From: Microbotryum violaceum
Taxonomy: Eukaryota
Direction: 5' to 3'
DNA: 64,000 bases
Assembly: GCA_001244265.2 (NCBI GenBank)
Contig: CDLV01000008.1
Span: 1,426,001 to 1,490,000 of the forward strand
The position numbers were made by a program, and so were the translations under genes. This document shows positions 51,417 to 64,000 of this stretch, one piece after another. Position 1 is the first letter of the stretch. Each line of letters opens with the position of its first letter. The notes under the pieces were generated by a model. It was given only the letters and a program-made list of their open reading frames with translations, was not told where the DNA came from and searched no databases.

Positions 51417-52245
51417 TGTTGTGGGAAATTAGTAAAGGGTCAGCGGTCCAGAGGGACTTGTGGCATTGGGAAGTTGATGCGCGCGTGGCGCGGCGCCGGA
51501 TGGAGGCAGATGGCGGTGTGGCGTATTGATTGGACTCAGAGGTGGCTTGCACGCGGATACTATCTAAGGCTCTGGTCTCGTTCACTCTCTCCTTCTTCTT
51601 TAACACACACTCGATATCTATCTCGCCCATTCGCCTGCTACAAGTTGATTGACCTTGGCGATACTCTATCTCACAATAGGTCATCTATCAACGCCGTGTA
51701 GCTACAGCGAATCTTCATTCATTCATTGGTACTCCAAGTCCAAATCCACAACAGGTTATGAGTTCGACGACTACCACCAATGTATCGAATGAAGGGGACG
51801 TCAAGATCACCAAGCTCGGTAAAGATAACTACGAGCTGTGGTCAATCCGAGTCGACGCGTTCCTCGAAGGTCGTGGCTACAGCAGTGTACTTCAACACGG
51901 AGCCAACCGACCATCGAGTATGGATGTGCAAGCATGGAAGACTCTCCATGGCATCGACTCAAGTTTAGAGCAGGGCAAGGTCCCGACTCTAATCACCAAG
52001 TGGGATCGTAGTGCGCGCGCGATCATCATCTCGTGCCTCGACGATTCGAATCTCAAGATGGTCAAGAGCAAGTCGCTCTCAGCCAAAAACATCTGGGAGA
52101 AGTTGAAACAACACCACGAAGGGAACTCCGATCCGTTCAAGATTCGCACGCTACTCTACGAGATTTCGAATGCGTCGTACGATGAGGACACCAACCTCGG
52201 CGAGTTTCTCCAGGGCATCACGGACAAGGTCGATCAACTCGAAGA
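51417..52245 (+). mobile_element. Ty1/Copia 5' fragment: LTR 51417-51753, PBS, truncated gag
   Basis: TGTTG...CAACA LTR followed by a GGTTATGAG PBS and the gag N-terminus [22 protein letters not shown]...[13 protein letters not shown]. Confidence 0.88.
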
Positions 52246-52524
<279 letters not shown>

Positions 52525-54764
52525 ACGCGGCCCCCTGGCCACACCTTCTGCAGGTCGAGCGCGATCCCGCGCCAAACGAGGGCGTCGAGGAAGGGCTGGA
52601 ACGTGATGTTCCAAACCGGGCACGAGAGGGGATCCCCCTGACCGAGACCACACAGAAATCGCACCAACTCCGTGGGGAACCCATTGATGAGGTAGCGCAC
52701 CCCCAGAGTCTCGGGATCGTACATGGCGCGCAGCAGGGAAATGAAACGCTCACCAAAGCCAAAGGCCTCGAAGACGTCGAAGATCCATGCGTGATCGACC
52801 CGATCGTACGCACTCTGCTGATCCAAGGACAAGAGGGCGCCCTCTGGGAAAACATCAGTACCGAGTGATCGGAGTTTTTCGAGAAGGAGAGTGAGATGAC
52901 ATCCCGCGTCCGCTGAACGTCTTGATGGCATGAACCCGTGTTGCGCCGGCGGCAAAAGCTCGCCGAGCACCCCATTGAGTCGCGCCACCAAGACCTTGCT
53001 GAGGACCTTGTAGATCGTCTCGCGCAGTTTGATCGGTCGATATGCCCCCAGTGATTTCAGATTGGCCCCCGGTTTATTCTTGGGCAAGAGCCGCACCAGC
53101 CCCTCTGCCAAGGACGCCGTCATTTTACCCCCCTCCCAAATCGAGTTGAACAAATCCAACAGCTTGGGAGCAAAGTAGGTTGGCAGCGCCTTGAAGAGCT
53201 CGTACGGAATGCCCGAGGGCCCCGGTGATCGCCCCGAATCCGTCTTCTTCAACGCCGCTTCGACCTCGGAAAGGTTGAAGGGCTCGTCAAGCGCCACGCT
53301 GGCTTGAAGGGGCAGCCGACGACCGAACGTAGGGTCCGAGCGGTCGTCATCGTAGCATTTCGCTGCGCGAATAGGGTCGAGCAGGGACCGACGTGCGTTC
53401 GTCGGGTCGCCACGAGCTGGGTCCGGCGTGAAGAGCGACTGTGCGTGCCGTGAAGCAATACCCAGCGCCTCCTGCATGTCAACGACCTCGGTGCCATCCA
53501 CATCCTCCAGCGAGACGATGCTCGTCTGGCGACTCCGGCGGTTGAGACGCGTGCGAATGCTTGCCGATTGACCTTCCCTCGAGTCGACTGACGGCACATG
53601 CGCACGAATGCGCAGCCACTGAGCCTCCTTTACCGCCAACTGATCCAACTGCGACTTGGCGAGAGCATACGCATCGCGCTCGGCCTCATTCATATGCTCA
53701 CCGCGTGCCTCCAACGCCTCCATGACGGATTGGTTCTCGGCCCGCAGTCGGCGCATGTCGGCACGAGTCGAGCGGTATCGTGCGTGGCCAGCGGCTGCGA
53801 CCGCCCGCAAAGCGGCGTCATAGACGTCACCGAGTGGAGCGGTCGCCTCGAGTCTCCGATAGACCTCGTCGACAACCCCGGGAATCGAATCGACAAAGCC
53901 TTGATCGTTGAAGACCGTTGGGTTTAGCCTGGAAATGAATTCACTCGTGGTGGGAAGAGCAGGGGGTGGTTCGGCATCAGCAGCGTTCGATGTAGGCAAT
54001 GCGAAAGTCGCAACTACGGGTCTGTGGTCCGAGCAGGGCGCATCGAAGAGTGTGGAAGCGCTCAACAACCGGTTTGCCCAACTGCGCTGGACAAGGATAT
54101 AATCGATCCGCGACCACGAGCAGATTTCTCGTTTGTCCCGCCTACCAAGGTAGTGAGGGCGAGTGAATGCCGGGGTGATGGGATGGAGTTGTCGGATCGT
54201 GTCGAGTGGGTTGAATGCGATCTTTGACAGCAAGGTCTGCCAGTGCGATACAGGAGTCCAAGCGCGATCGGTGATGGCCACTCGGTCGACCGATACATCC
54301 GGACAATCATTGAGATCGCCGGCCAAGATCCGAAGAGTCTTGGGCCCCGGAGCGGTGAAGTGCAGGAGCCCGTAGAAGTCGCGACGCTCTTCCCCCTTGA
54401 CCGGCGCATACATGTTGATGATCTCGATATCGAGCTCCTCAAGACGAAACACCGAGCGCAGGATCCGACCGTCGAATTGAGGGGATTCTGCAAACACGAC
54501 CGGGGTAGAGGAGAGGAGACGGCCCGCCAGAGGTGAGCCATCGGGTATAAGGGTAAGGACATGAGGTGCGAAACGAAGACAAGCTCCTGGCCAAGCACTC
54601 TCGAAGCCTTCGCGCGACGCGTTGTAGCTGAGGTGGTGCTCTTGCAGGAGAATGGCCGCAGGGGCCGGCCGAAGGGTTTTTAGATAGCGGATGATTTTGA
54701 CTTGGTTGACTGCGTTCTTGATCGATCGGACGTTGAACGTCAACACGGTGAGGGACTCAATCAT
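52525..54764 (-). CDS. LINE ORF2 (APE endonuclease + N-terminal RT), truncated
   Basis: TFNVRS, LLQEHH, NMYAP, AGDLND, SRIDYI, SDHRPV (APE); SPGPSG, YRPIKL, QHGF, LSLDQQSAYDRVDH, GLGQGDPLS (RT). Confidence 0.92.
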
Positions 54765-54776
54765 GAATAAATTGGA

Positions 54777-56455
54777 TCAGCGCCGCCCCCCTTCGAATTC
54801 CGGCACCTCGGACCTGTAACCCCCGGAACTGTTGCCCCCTGAGTCGTCACCCCCTGATGCACCGAGGATCATGGCGGATCCCGCCCGGGTGACACGTCGG
54901 TTGCCGGGTGCCGAGCTCGAACGAAGGCGTCGAGGACTCGTCGAGGCTATCGAGGTCGTCGAGGTTGCCGATGATTCCGACGTGCCACCGGACAAAGGCG
55001 ATGCCGGAGCAGAAGTAGAAGGCGAAGGAGAGGTCGGGGTCGAAACGGGCGCCGCTGTCGTCGTCTGCGTCTCCTTTGTTGGGCCCGTGGTCGCACGGGT
55101 CAACGTCTCTTTCCCAGTGTCGCCGCCCTCCGGTTCGGTCGAAGCGACCGATTCGCCGTCGTCGTCGTCGTCGTCACTGTCGCCGTCGTTCGCATCGTCC
55201 TTGTTGCCGGTCGCTGCACCTGCGGGGTTAGCACGAGGTCCCAGCTGGATCATGTTCGTGCCAGAGGCACGAGAGTTCAATGCGGCGGGCCCACCGTGCT
55301 TCCCATTCTTTCCAGCAACTCGGAAGCCGGTGGTCGAAGTCGAAGTCGAAGTCGAGGCCCCCGGAACAGGGGCGGCGGTGGCCGGAGTCGAAACCGGCTT
55401 CCTGCAAGCCCCCCACTGGTGTCCAGCGCGATCGCACACGGCGCAGTAGTGCGTCTCAAATTCGTGTCGCAAGCCGTACTTGGCGCCCAGGATCTCGATC
55501 TCTTGTGGCAAGGCGGCGTTGAGCGCAGCCTTCTGCGTCTCGGTGGAGCCTTGGAAAAGATCAGCATGTAAGCGAAGGTACGCGCAGTGGAACCCGTCTT
55601 CGGTCATGGCCATCGGGTCACCGTTCGGATCGACCGCGAGGCCCCGCTGTAATTGCATGAGGGTATACCCTTGCGTGCAACCAGCGTGGCCGAAGGAGGA
55701 AGTGAGAGCAGCGTCGAGAGATTTTCGGAGCACGGAAGCGGGAATCGCGCTGGAAGAGGAGGGTAAGGTGAATCGCACCTGGACGATGTGGTTTAGGGGG
55801 GAAACACTCGGGAGCTCGGTGACCATCTCTTTTCCGTGATAGGGGAATGGACCCGCTGCAGCGGCTTCGAGACAGGCCTGGTCGGATTCGAACACGAGCT
55901 CGTACATATGACGAGCAATCGGGAACCTCTTCGTTGCCTTCGTCACGATCAGGTTCAGCTTCACACATTTCGAGAAGAGCTTCTCGACCTCGGGGGCAAG
56001 CTCGGCGCCCTCGGGCCGCGCGAACATGAATGGCGTCTCGGCCAGCCCAAAGTGCTTACGCAGCGCAATCTGTACAGGGCCTTTTGGGGACCCAGTACCA
56101 TCCATGATGACTCGGATCACGTTGGAGGCCGGCATCGCGTCGTTTCGTACCGCCCTTTGAGCAGCTCGTGCGAGAGCCGGCGCCTGCGAAGGCGGGCTGG
56201 AGGGTCATACAACAGTACCATCAGCCGGCGGGTCGACTTGGAGGATGGTACGATGCCAAGGGCTTTGAAAGCCTTCTGCATCGACTTCTCATGGTCCAAT
56301 CGAGCCCGAGAAACCTGGGCAGACCAGGCTGGAGGATTAACGGTTCCTCCAGTGACCGTCTCACGGGTTTCCGTGTTGAGTGATTCATCTCTCAACACGT
56401 CACCAGCCCACGGAGCGTTGGGCGGGTGCGGGGGTGGGCCGGGCGGATCCGGCAT
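54777..56455 (-). CDS. LINE ORF1 (gag-like, CCHC knuckle), one frameshift near 56200
   Basis: CAVCDRAGHQWGAC knuckle; the MPDPPG N-terminus at 56455 joins the 452-aa frame via a 1-nt shift; ends 12 bp before the ORF2 ATG. Confidence 0.8.
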
Positions 56456-56546
56456 CACTTCTTGTAGGCGTCCTGTAGCTCTTGAAGCGGTTGGTGGGCG
56501 ACTGTACACACTACACGACGGTACACACTTTGTGTGTGTGTGAAGA

Positions 56547-56563
56547 TTTTTTTTTTTGTAGAA
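56547..56563 (-). mobile_element. Possible extremely truncated LINE family B tail (TTCTAC-A11)
   Basis: The reverse complement TTCTACAAAAAAAAAAA equals the 3' terminus of B1-B3, but only 6 non-A bases match. Confidence 0.5.
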
Positions 56564-56620
56564 GAAATCACGTGACGCGTTAATAAGAATATATAAAGCA
56601 CCAAAGGCACTTCTTCTAAA

Positions 56621-56691
56621 TCCTCGATGGTCTATTGGTATGATTCGGCTCTCTCACAGCCGCGAACGGGGTTCGATTCCCCGTCGGGGAA
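56621..56691 (+). tRNA. tRNA-Glu(CTC)
   Basis: TCCTCGA acceptor stem pairs with TCGGGGA; anticodon arm CGGCT-CTCTCAC-AGCCG; T arm CGGGG-TTCGATT-CCCCG; T5 terminator at 56695; upstream TATATAAA near 56590. Confidence 0.92.
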
Positions 56692-56865
56692 AACTTTTTA
56701 GTTCTGATTTGCCAGTGCTGCCTGCCCTGTACGTGCTTCGGAATCTACCTTCCTTTTGTTTTTCTCACCTTGAACCTCAACGAATATGACTGACGTCGGT
56801 ACCCGCCGCTCGGCGGGGCTTGCAACGGATGTGCCGCGCGCGAACACTGCAGCCCGATAGTTTGT

Positions 56866-57146
56866 GGCTTGTATACATGTAAGTATATATCCTTACCCAT
56901 GAGTTAAGGTCAACACACAACCAAATCTGTTCATCTTGATATTGTAACATCAACATATAACTATTTCTGAATGGTGTCTGCAAGGACTACATGATAGCAT
57001 GTGTATTGCAAGACTTGTAGTGATTCAAAATTTATTTGTCCTTACCGCACCCTCGTATCCTTACATGTGTCAACATGTGTAAGGATACGCCCGCCCGCGC
57101 ACGTGACATGCGTAAGGATACGCTATACGCTCGGGCGCAAAGAGCA
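56866..57146. repeat. Putative DNA-transposon end, copy 2
   Basis: Direct repeat of 51108-51416, continuing into the unique region carrying the protease-like gene. Confidence 0.7.
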
Positions 57147-57241
57147 CTGGCTGCTGCTGGTGAATAGTTGACTCTTTTCGCACACCAGTGGTTGTCAAAG
57201 TATCGCCATGCCCATTTTTGCACTAAGTTTAGTTATACATA

Positions 57242-59565
57242 CTATTGCTGACCGCTATCATAGCCCCTACTGTACACTACATTAGTGATTGACAAGGCCA
57301 AAACTTCACTGGACCACTGGGGCACAACTTTGTGAGTCAAACTTGCCATCAACATGAATGTTCCCCACTGTGATTTCCTCCAGGAGCACTGCACCGCTGG
57401 AAAACATTGTAAGAGGAGAGCATCGTCAGCTCTATTGATCTGCTTTTTTGGCGTTCCCGACACTCACTATCTCGCATTCATGAAAAAAAGCCGACGCATC
57501 TTCCATCTTCCAGACACCTTGTCCTTCTTCAAGAGTCCCTTTGGGTGGTAGACTTGACACTTTAATGCCAATATCGGGAGGATCGGAGGGCTCATGGTAT
57601 AGACTCCACATTTCGTGCCACTGCCGCGTTAGCATTAGGTTGAAGGCTTGCAAGAAGTTCAATGACTCCTCTTCTAGCTCGTAGAAAAGAACGGAAACTA
57701 ATCCGCCAGCGTTCCTGTCGCCTATCGGCCTAGCGAGAGAGCTTTTGATTGCGTCGAAATGATAGCATGCAGCCTCTTGCCCGTATCCAACCGTCGCGTT
57801 CGTAACGAAATGTGAATTGTTGATGTTGTACACTCCTGACCGAAGGCGCCAGACCATCTCTGGCATTTGGTCCGAAACACCGAAGCGTAGCTCAGCTGGG
57901 GCCAGTGAATGTTCCGGGTAAATATTGTTGATGTTGATCACAATCACACTGGGGAGCGAGGTGATTGAAACGAATTGCACGTAAGAGCCTCCGGGGCAAT
58001 TGCGCTTGTGATGCCGACGGCCTGAGTTCTTTGCCTCTGTGTACAATTTCAACGGTTGCCCAACGATTGAGGCGAGGACGTCCGACAACGTTTCCAGCGA
58101 ATGCGAAGGCAGGTGGAGACTTGAGATGAGAAGGGGCCAGTCAACCACAAACTGTCGTCTTGGGGACACCTCAATCTGAGCGCAGTTGCAGGCAGTGCAA
58201 TACCCGGCTCTTTGAAGATGTAATTCGACGACAGTTCGGTCGGGATCATTCAACGTGACAGCGCTTGGCAGAACCGGATGATCGACGGTGAACGAGTGAA
58301 GTGTCTCGAGCCAGGTCTGCCGAAAAAAGTGATGATTAGCGTCCAGTTTTAATCGTCTTGGGAGGGCGGGGTTCGCTAAGTGATTGACTGACTACTGGGC
58401 TACTATAACTCCCCGCTTAAATGGAGTTGTAAAATGGCTTCCGCGCTCTTTCGACATCCCAACCACAGTGGAGGTCATCCGTTCTCGTAATTGTGTGTAT
58501 GCTTCAATGGCGTTCGCCGCCGGTTTCATATCAAACTTTCGAGCCAATGCTGTGTATTCGCGAATCGCATCCCATAGCTCGAGTGCCAAATATCGAGGGC
58601 GGAGCCTCAACACCATCTCATCGCCAAGTGGAGAAATCACGTAGGCTGTATGGGTGTTAAGGATATCCAGACACTGCAGCCATGGTTCCAATCCGTTGGC
58701 GACCGAGAGCAATGCGATAAGCGTTGAGTCAATCCAGCAAGAATTATCGCTCCACGGGCCTTGGATAATGACGACTGGCTCGTCTTCACCTAATCGGAGC
58801 CAGAAGTCTGCGTGGAGCTGCACAACCGTGCTACCGAGCGATGTCGACGTCGATGTCTTGGGCGGAGCGAATTTTACCCTTGGTGCAGATCTAGAGTCCT
58901 CTGGGAGCTTGTCACTGGTGCGCTCGAGTGACGTCGACGTTGAAGCAGGTTTTGGCGTGGCGATTTCTACCTTTCTTGCAGATTTCGATGGCGCCAACTC
59001 CAACTTGGATGCAACCATGGACAGGGGAATGTCGAATACGGACGTACATGTCCTCTTTGCCTCCGATTGTGATTCAGGTTCCGACAAGAGGAAGGCCAAT
59101 CGTTTTCGAGGTATCCGGTATTTTCGACCACTGGGGGCTTCCAAATTTCGTGCATTGTGCTGCGCAAGAACTGTGAGACGGAGGATAAATCAGAGCAGGA
59201 TTTCCGTCAGCCAGGCCTCAGCGCCTCTGCACTCAGTGAACAGTCTGGGGCGGAGGCGTACATATTTGGGACAACTCCGTTTCTTCATTGAACGCCCTCA
59301 CAGCCATAGGGACAACGGGTACTTGTTGCGATGGGCCGCTGAAATCTGAGTGGGGAGGACTACCTTTCGATTTGGAATTGGACATTTGATGGAGCTTGAT
59401 GGAGCGATCCGTCGGGGGAATGGCCTCGGATGAATTGCAATGAATTGAGGGCGTCAATACAACGTCGTCTGATGATTCGCTCGAACTATGCTCGTCAGAC
59501 GGCGGGTCCGGAATCTTGCGCTTGTGGGGGTAATCAACACGTGTTGAGCCCTTTTTGGAGGCCAT
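57242..59565 (-). CDS. USP/USPL1-like cysteine peptidase, probably transposon-borne, multi-exon (limits approximate)
   Basis: Cys box PWSDNSCWIDSTLIALL, CxxC motif (YCTAC), LP.VIVINI, His box GVYNINNSHFVT and YHFD Asp, in USP order across ORFs 58392-59144 and 57432-58253. Confidence 0.55.
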
Positions 59566-59701
59566 CGACTGCGCAGTGGGCCCATTGCCCTGCCTTGACC
59601 GGTTCTTTGGTTTCTGCCGGGAACAATTTTGTTGTTTGATATGTGTCTGTGCCTGTGGTATCTGCGCGGATGCGCGTGCGTTTAGTCATTAGTCACTTTG
59701 G

Positions 59702-62700
59702 TATTGGAGTTTGATCTGTTTAAGTTAGGGAGCGCGCGGGGCTTTTCTTCCCGCGCGGCTGTTTACTCTTGGTAGCTTTCTCATCACTTGCTCCACATTG
59801 TGGTCCTGACTTCTCGGTGTCGTGCACCCTCACCTATCAGAAGGCTATACTTCCGCGCTCTCATTGTTTCTGCGATAGGTTATGAGCTCAACGGGTAGCG
59901 TAGGAGGCCCGGGTCAGAAAAACGAATCCCATTGCACCACCATCGGTATGGACACCGATTCACCGTCCACCGAAACGAGTGATCGTGGATTGCATGTCCC
60001 AATCCTTCGCGCATCCAATTACATGGATTGGCGCCGACGTCTGATTGGTCGTCTGGGCTCCAAGGACTTGCATCTTTGCGCATCGAGGCCGTTGAGCGAC
60101 GCTGCGAAGGCCGTTCTTCAGGTCGCAATCAATGATCAATCGCGCGGCTTCTACTCGCCTCTCGAGCGGCTCGACTTCGCAGCTATGGACGCGAAGATCG
60201 CCAAGGAGCTAATGAAGGAGGTTTGAACTCAAGCTGAAATCATTCAGTTTCTCGATGAGGCCAATCTTCGCTTGGTCAGGGGTTGTTACACGTCTTACAA
60301 CATACTCGACTTGCTGAACACGTTCTACCTCGGAACGATGAGCGCTCAGATTTCCGCCTTGACGACTGAGCTCTATGCGCGCAAGTTCTCGTCTGGCGAT
60401 CGTGGGCAGTTACTGCATCACTTGACCACCATCCAAGGAATTTTGCAAGATCTTGAGGCGTGTGGCTCTGGGATGCCACCAGCTCAACAGTTGACGCTGA
60501 TGCTCGATTCCGTCTTCGACCCGCAACACGAGTCGTTCACAAGCTCACTGCGTCGACCTCTGGCTCTACCTTCGGAGATTGTTTCCGAGGCACGGTCTTA
60601 CCAGTTCAAAGTCTCGCTGGAAAGTCGAATCAATGGACTATCTGCCATGACTTCCGGACGCGCCATGGCTCCGTCGCCTGTTCCTGCGCTCGTTGCGCAA
60701 GGCGAATCACAAAAGGGCGCGCGTCACAAAAGACGTCTCAAGAAAGGCAATCGTGACGGGCAAGGAAATCGCCGTCCTACCGATTCCACCTGTCATGCGT
60801 GTGGAGCGAAGGGACACTGGTCTTGCGATGCAGTGTGCCCGGAAAAACGCTCGAAGTCATCTGCAGCCCCCGCATTGGTTGCAATGAACTCCTATTCCGT
60901 TTACCTTGCTGGTTCTTCCTCGAGAGCTCCCGATGCCGACTTCGTTTGGATCGCGGATACCGGAGCTGGTCACCACTTCGTTGGCGATTGTTTGCTGCTC
61001 TCGGATTTCAAAGAATCCCCAATTCAAGTCCAGATGGCCGACAACTCGCTTGGTCAAGCCACTGGATACGGGCGAATGTCTGTTAAGGCTTCGCAAGGTC
61101 ACCTTCTCAACTTCAAGGAGATGTACTACCTCCCTGGATCGAAGTATGGTCTAATCTCAATGTCGTCGCTCCGCGCTGGAGGCGCGAAATTGGTTTATGG
61201 CCATGGGGGAGATACTCAACAGGTTTGGCTTGACGGCTCTCTCGTCGCCGAAACTGTCAAGACGAAGGCCAAACAACCAAGTTACGTCTTCGATTTTGAG
61301 ATTGTCTCTCCACCCTCGCCTGTGCTTGTCGCAGCTACCCGTGCTTCCGTTGGAGCTTCGCTCATGGAATGGCATTGGAACTTCGGACACATGGCACCCT
61401 CTTCAATTCTTCAACTCGTCAAATCCAAGGCTATTGTTGGAATTCGTTTACTCGACAAGAAGATTGAAGACTGTGAGCCGTGCATTATCGCGAAGGCGCG
61501 CGCGGGCTCTCACAAACATTTCAGTCAAAAACCCGGACATGTTCTTCAACGGGTTTCGATCGATCTGGGATTCGTCAATGATGACGATACCAATGGACGA
61601 TCCATATATACGGTTATCGTGGACCAACTTTCAACCTATAAGTGGGCTTTTCCACTTGGTTCCAAGTCGGCATCAGAAGTCCTCAAGGTCTGGCGTGGCT
61701 TTCAAGCGCAGGTCGAGAGGCAGTCCGGTCAGAAGATCAAGTTTGTTCAATCTGACAATGGAGGCGAGTTCGAGGTCTTCTTTGGCAAGCAACCCGACGT
61801 TTCGCATCTTCGCGCGTTCGGATCTACTGCCTACGTTCTCGTTCCCAAGGCGATTCGTAAGAAGCTCGATGACCATACTGTCAAGGGTACTTTCCTTGGC
61901 CATTCGGGGGAGTACAACTACAAGGTTCGGGTTGAACACCGTCGGTCTTTCAAGATCGTCGTCTCTTCCGATGTCACCTTCTCCGACAAGGCTCCTTCGA
62001 TCGCGGACTCGGCTGTCGAGCCTCGCATCTACGAAGTTGAACCTATACAGGAACACGAGTTAGTACATCAACTGCCGTTTCCTGGCTTGGAGCAGATTTC
62101 GGCTTTACGGCCTGCGCTCGTACCCGAGCTTGGTCCGGCTTTTCGGCCAGCTCCCGCTCCTCTTCTTCGTTTCCAAGATATGGACGATGACGACGTTGCT
62201 CCTCCTCCTTTACCGGCTGTCGGCCCGTTGGCCGAAGACGCCGAAGTTGAAGAGGACCCGATTGATCATCGACGCGAGGAAGCAGTTGAGGCTATCGACA
62301 GTGACGATGACAACGGCCCTGCGGAACACGATCAACCATTACCTCCTGAGGATGGTTACGAGTATCGACCTTACCGTGTCGGCCGCAACCCCGGTGCGCT
62401 CGAGAACGTCGATGCCGGCAATATTTTACCGACTCGCCTGCGTGCTCAGCGTCGTGCAGACGCCCTTCGTGTCGTGTCTACTCGCTCGGTCTACCGTCAT
62501 CCACCAGAGCTCATTGCTATGGTTTCGTCTTGTCACACCCCGCTTCCCAAGACGTTTGCGGAAGCGATAGCCTCTTCTGAGGCCAAACACTGGATGGCCG
62601 CTTCTGAGAAGGAGTTGGGCTCATTCAAGTTGCACAAGGTCTTCAAGCTTACAAGGCTACCCACCGGGGCTCGCGCCCTGGGCTATCGTTGGGTGTTCAC

Positions 62701-64000
62701 TCGGAAGGAAGACGCTGAAGGCAACATCATCAGCTACAAGGCTCGTCTCGTCATCCAAGGCTTTGCTCAACGACTTGGGATTGACTACAACGAGACGTTT
62801 GCTCCTGTCTCGTCGATCACGACAATCTTGTTTCTCATCGCAATGTCTGCCGCTGTCGGACTCGTCCTCGAACAGTTTGACTATGATTCTGCGTTTCTCA
62901 ACGGGATCATGGAGGAGGATATCTGCATGAAGGTTCCTGAGGGATGGACTGGTGGTTCTCGGCCCGGTCACGCTCTCAAGCTCCTGAAATCCATGTATGG
63001 CACCAAGCAAGCTCCTCGGCAATGGAACGCGGCTCTCCACAAGCTGATGACGGATCGCGGCTATACGCGCTCAAATGTCGATGCTTGTCTGTATTTCAAG
63101 TATCATGGCAAGTCGTTTGCGATCATCACATTGTATGTTGATGATGGGCTTGCTGCATCGAACGACCAGGCTTTTCTGGACTCCGAGATTTCGGCTTTCG
63201 ATGCAGTCTACAAGCTCAAGCGACTTGGCCCGGTCAAGACGTTCCGTTTGTTCGAACCAAGGATTTCATCTTCGTCCACCAATCGAAGTACATTCGAGGC
63301 TTACTCGAACACTATACTTTCGAAAACAAGTCGAAGAAGCCGGTCGCGACTCCCATGGAGGATCGCGTCATCTCGTCTTCTACCGCACCGTTCTCCGACA
63401 TCCTTGTATATCAATCGGCGGTGGGAGCTTTACAATACGCTGCGCAACGTGTTCGTCCCGATATCGTGACTTCCGTTTGTGCGGTGGCAAAGTGCGTGGC
63501 TGCTCCAACCGAAGGAGACTGGATCTGCGTCAAGCGAATCTTTCGCTATCTTTCTGACACCGTCGACTATGGGCTACTCTACCGCGTAGGCGGTTCTACC
63601 AAGTTCGAGGTGTACAGTGACGCGTCGTTTGGTTGCGATCACAACAACGGCAGATCTGTGGGAGCGTATGTCGTTATCATGGCTGGCGCTGCTATTTCCT
63701 GGAAGTCGAAACAACAGACGATGGTTGCTTCTTCTACAGCAGAGTCTGAGACTCTGGCTGCTTCAACCGCAGCAAAGGAGGCTATCGGTCTTCGCAACCT
63801 GGCGTCCAAACTTCGCATCAATCAAGGTCAATCTACTGTTCTGCACAAGGACAACCAACCTTGCATCGATTTGGCGAAGAATCCTGGAGCTCGAGGTCGT
63901 ACTTGCCATTGGAATGTACATCATTTCTATTTACGCGAACGAATCGAGGTTGGCGATATCGATCTCCGCTACTGTCCGACCAATCTGAACACGGCCGACA
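59702..64000 (+). mobile_element. Ty1/Copia LTR retrotransposon, degenerate, runs off window end
   Basis: Putative LTR 59702-59877 and PBS GGTTATGAGC. Gag with a stop at 60224-60226; knuckle CHACGAKGHW; protease WIADTGAGHH; integrase SDNGGEF (deleted beyond); RT YKARLV...LYVDD; frameshift ~63240; RNase H VYSDAS. Confidence 0.95.

Larger units (their letters stand above)
52525..56546 (-). mobile_element. LINE family A, 5'-complete copy truncated in RT by the Copia LTR
   Basis: ORF1 followed by ORF2 with APE endonuclease and RT; the overlap 52525-52900 is nearly identical to 43899-44273 of copy A1. Confidence 0.93.

Overview
GC-rich, intron-containing fungal DNA, most likely a Pucciniomycotina basidiomycete (Microbotryum/Rhodotorula-like; inferred from gene style). 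The left ~36 kb is mostly host genes: a DEAD-box helicase (partial), MVP1, a WC-1 photoreceptor with a GATA finger, an Rrm4-like RRM/MLLE protein, perilipin, a Sos7-like kinetochore protein, URA3, an AhpC/TSA-like protein, a disrupted fasciclin gene, Brr6/Brl1 and KGD2. Interspersed are a non-autonomous 8-bp-TSD DNA transposon, a MULE with a 9-bp TSD and a degenerate Helitron. The right ~27 kb is a transposon nest: two more Helitrons flanking a 13-bp telomere-like array, a Zisupton-like element nested in a Helitron, two Copia elements, and a USP-like cysteine protease gene behind a transposon-like end. The main observation is a divergent tRNA pair (Ser-CGA 43738-43830 on minus, Glu-CTC 56621-56691 on plus) separated by 12.8 kb. 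That interval is filled by two oppositely oriented head-to-tail stacks of two L1/Tx1-type LINE families, each beginning ~57-60 bp upstream of a tRNA gene with element 5' ends facing the tRNA. This resembles a TRE5-like, tRNA-gene-targeted non-LTR retrotransposon system. All calls were made by eye from the sequence; no database searches were run.
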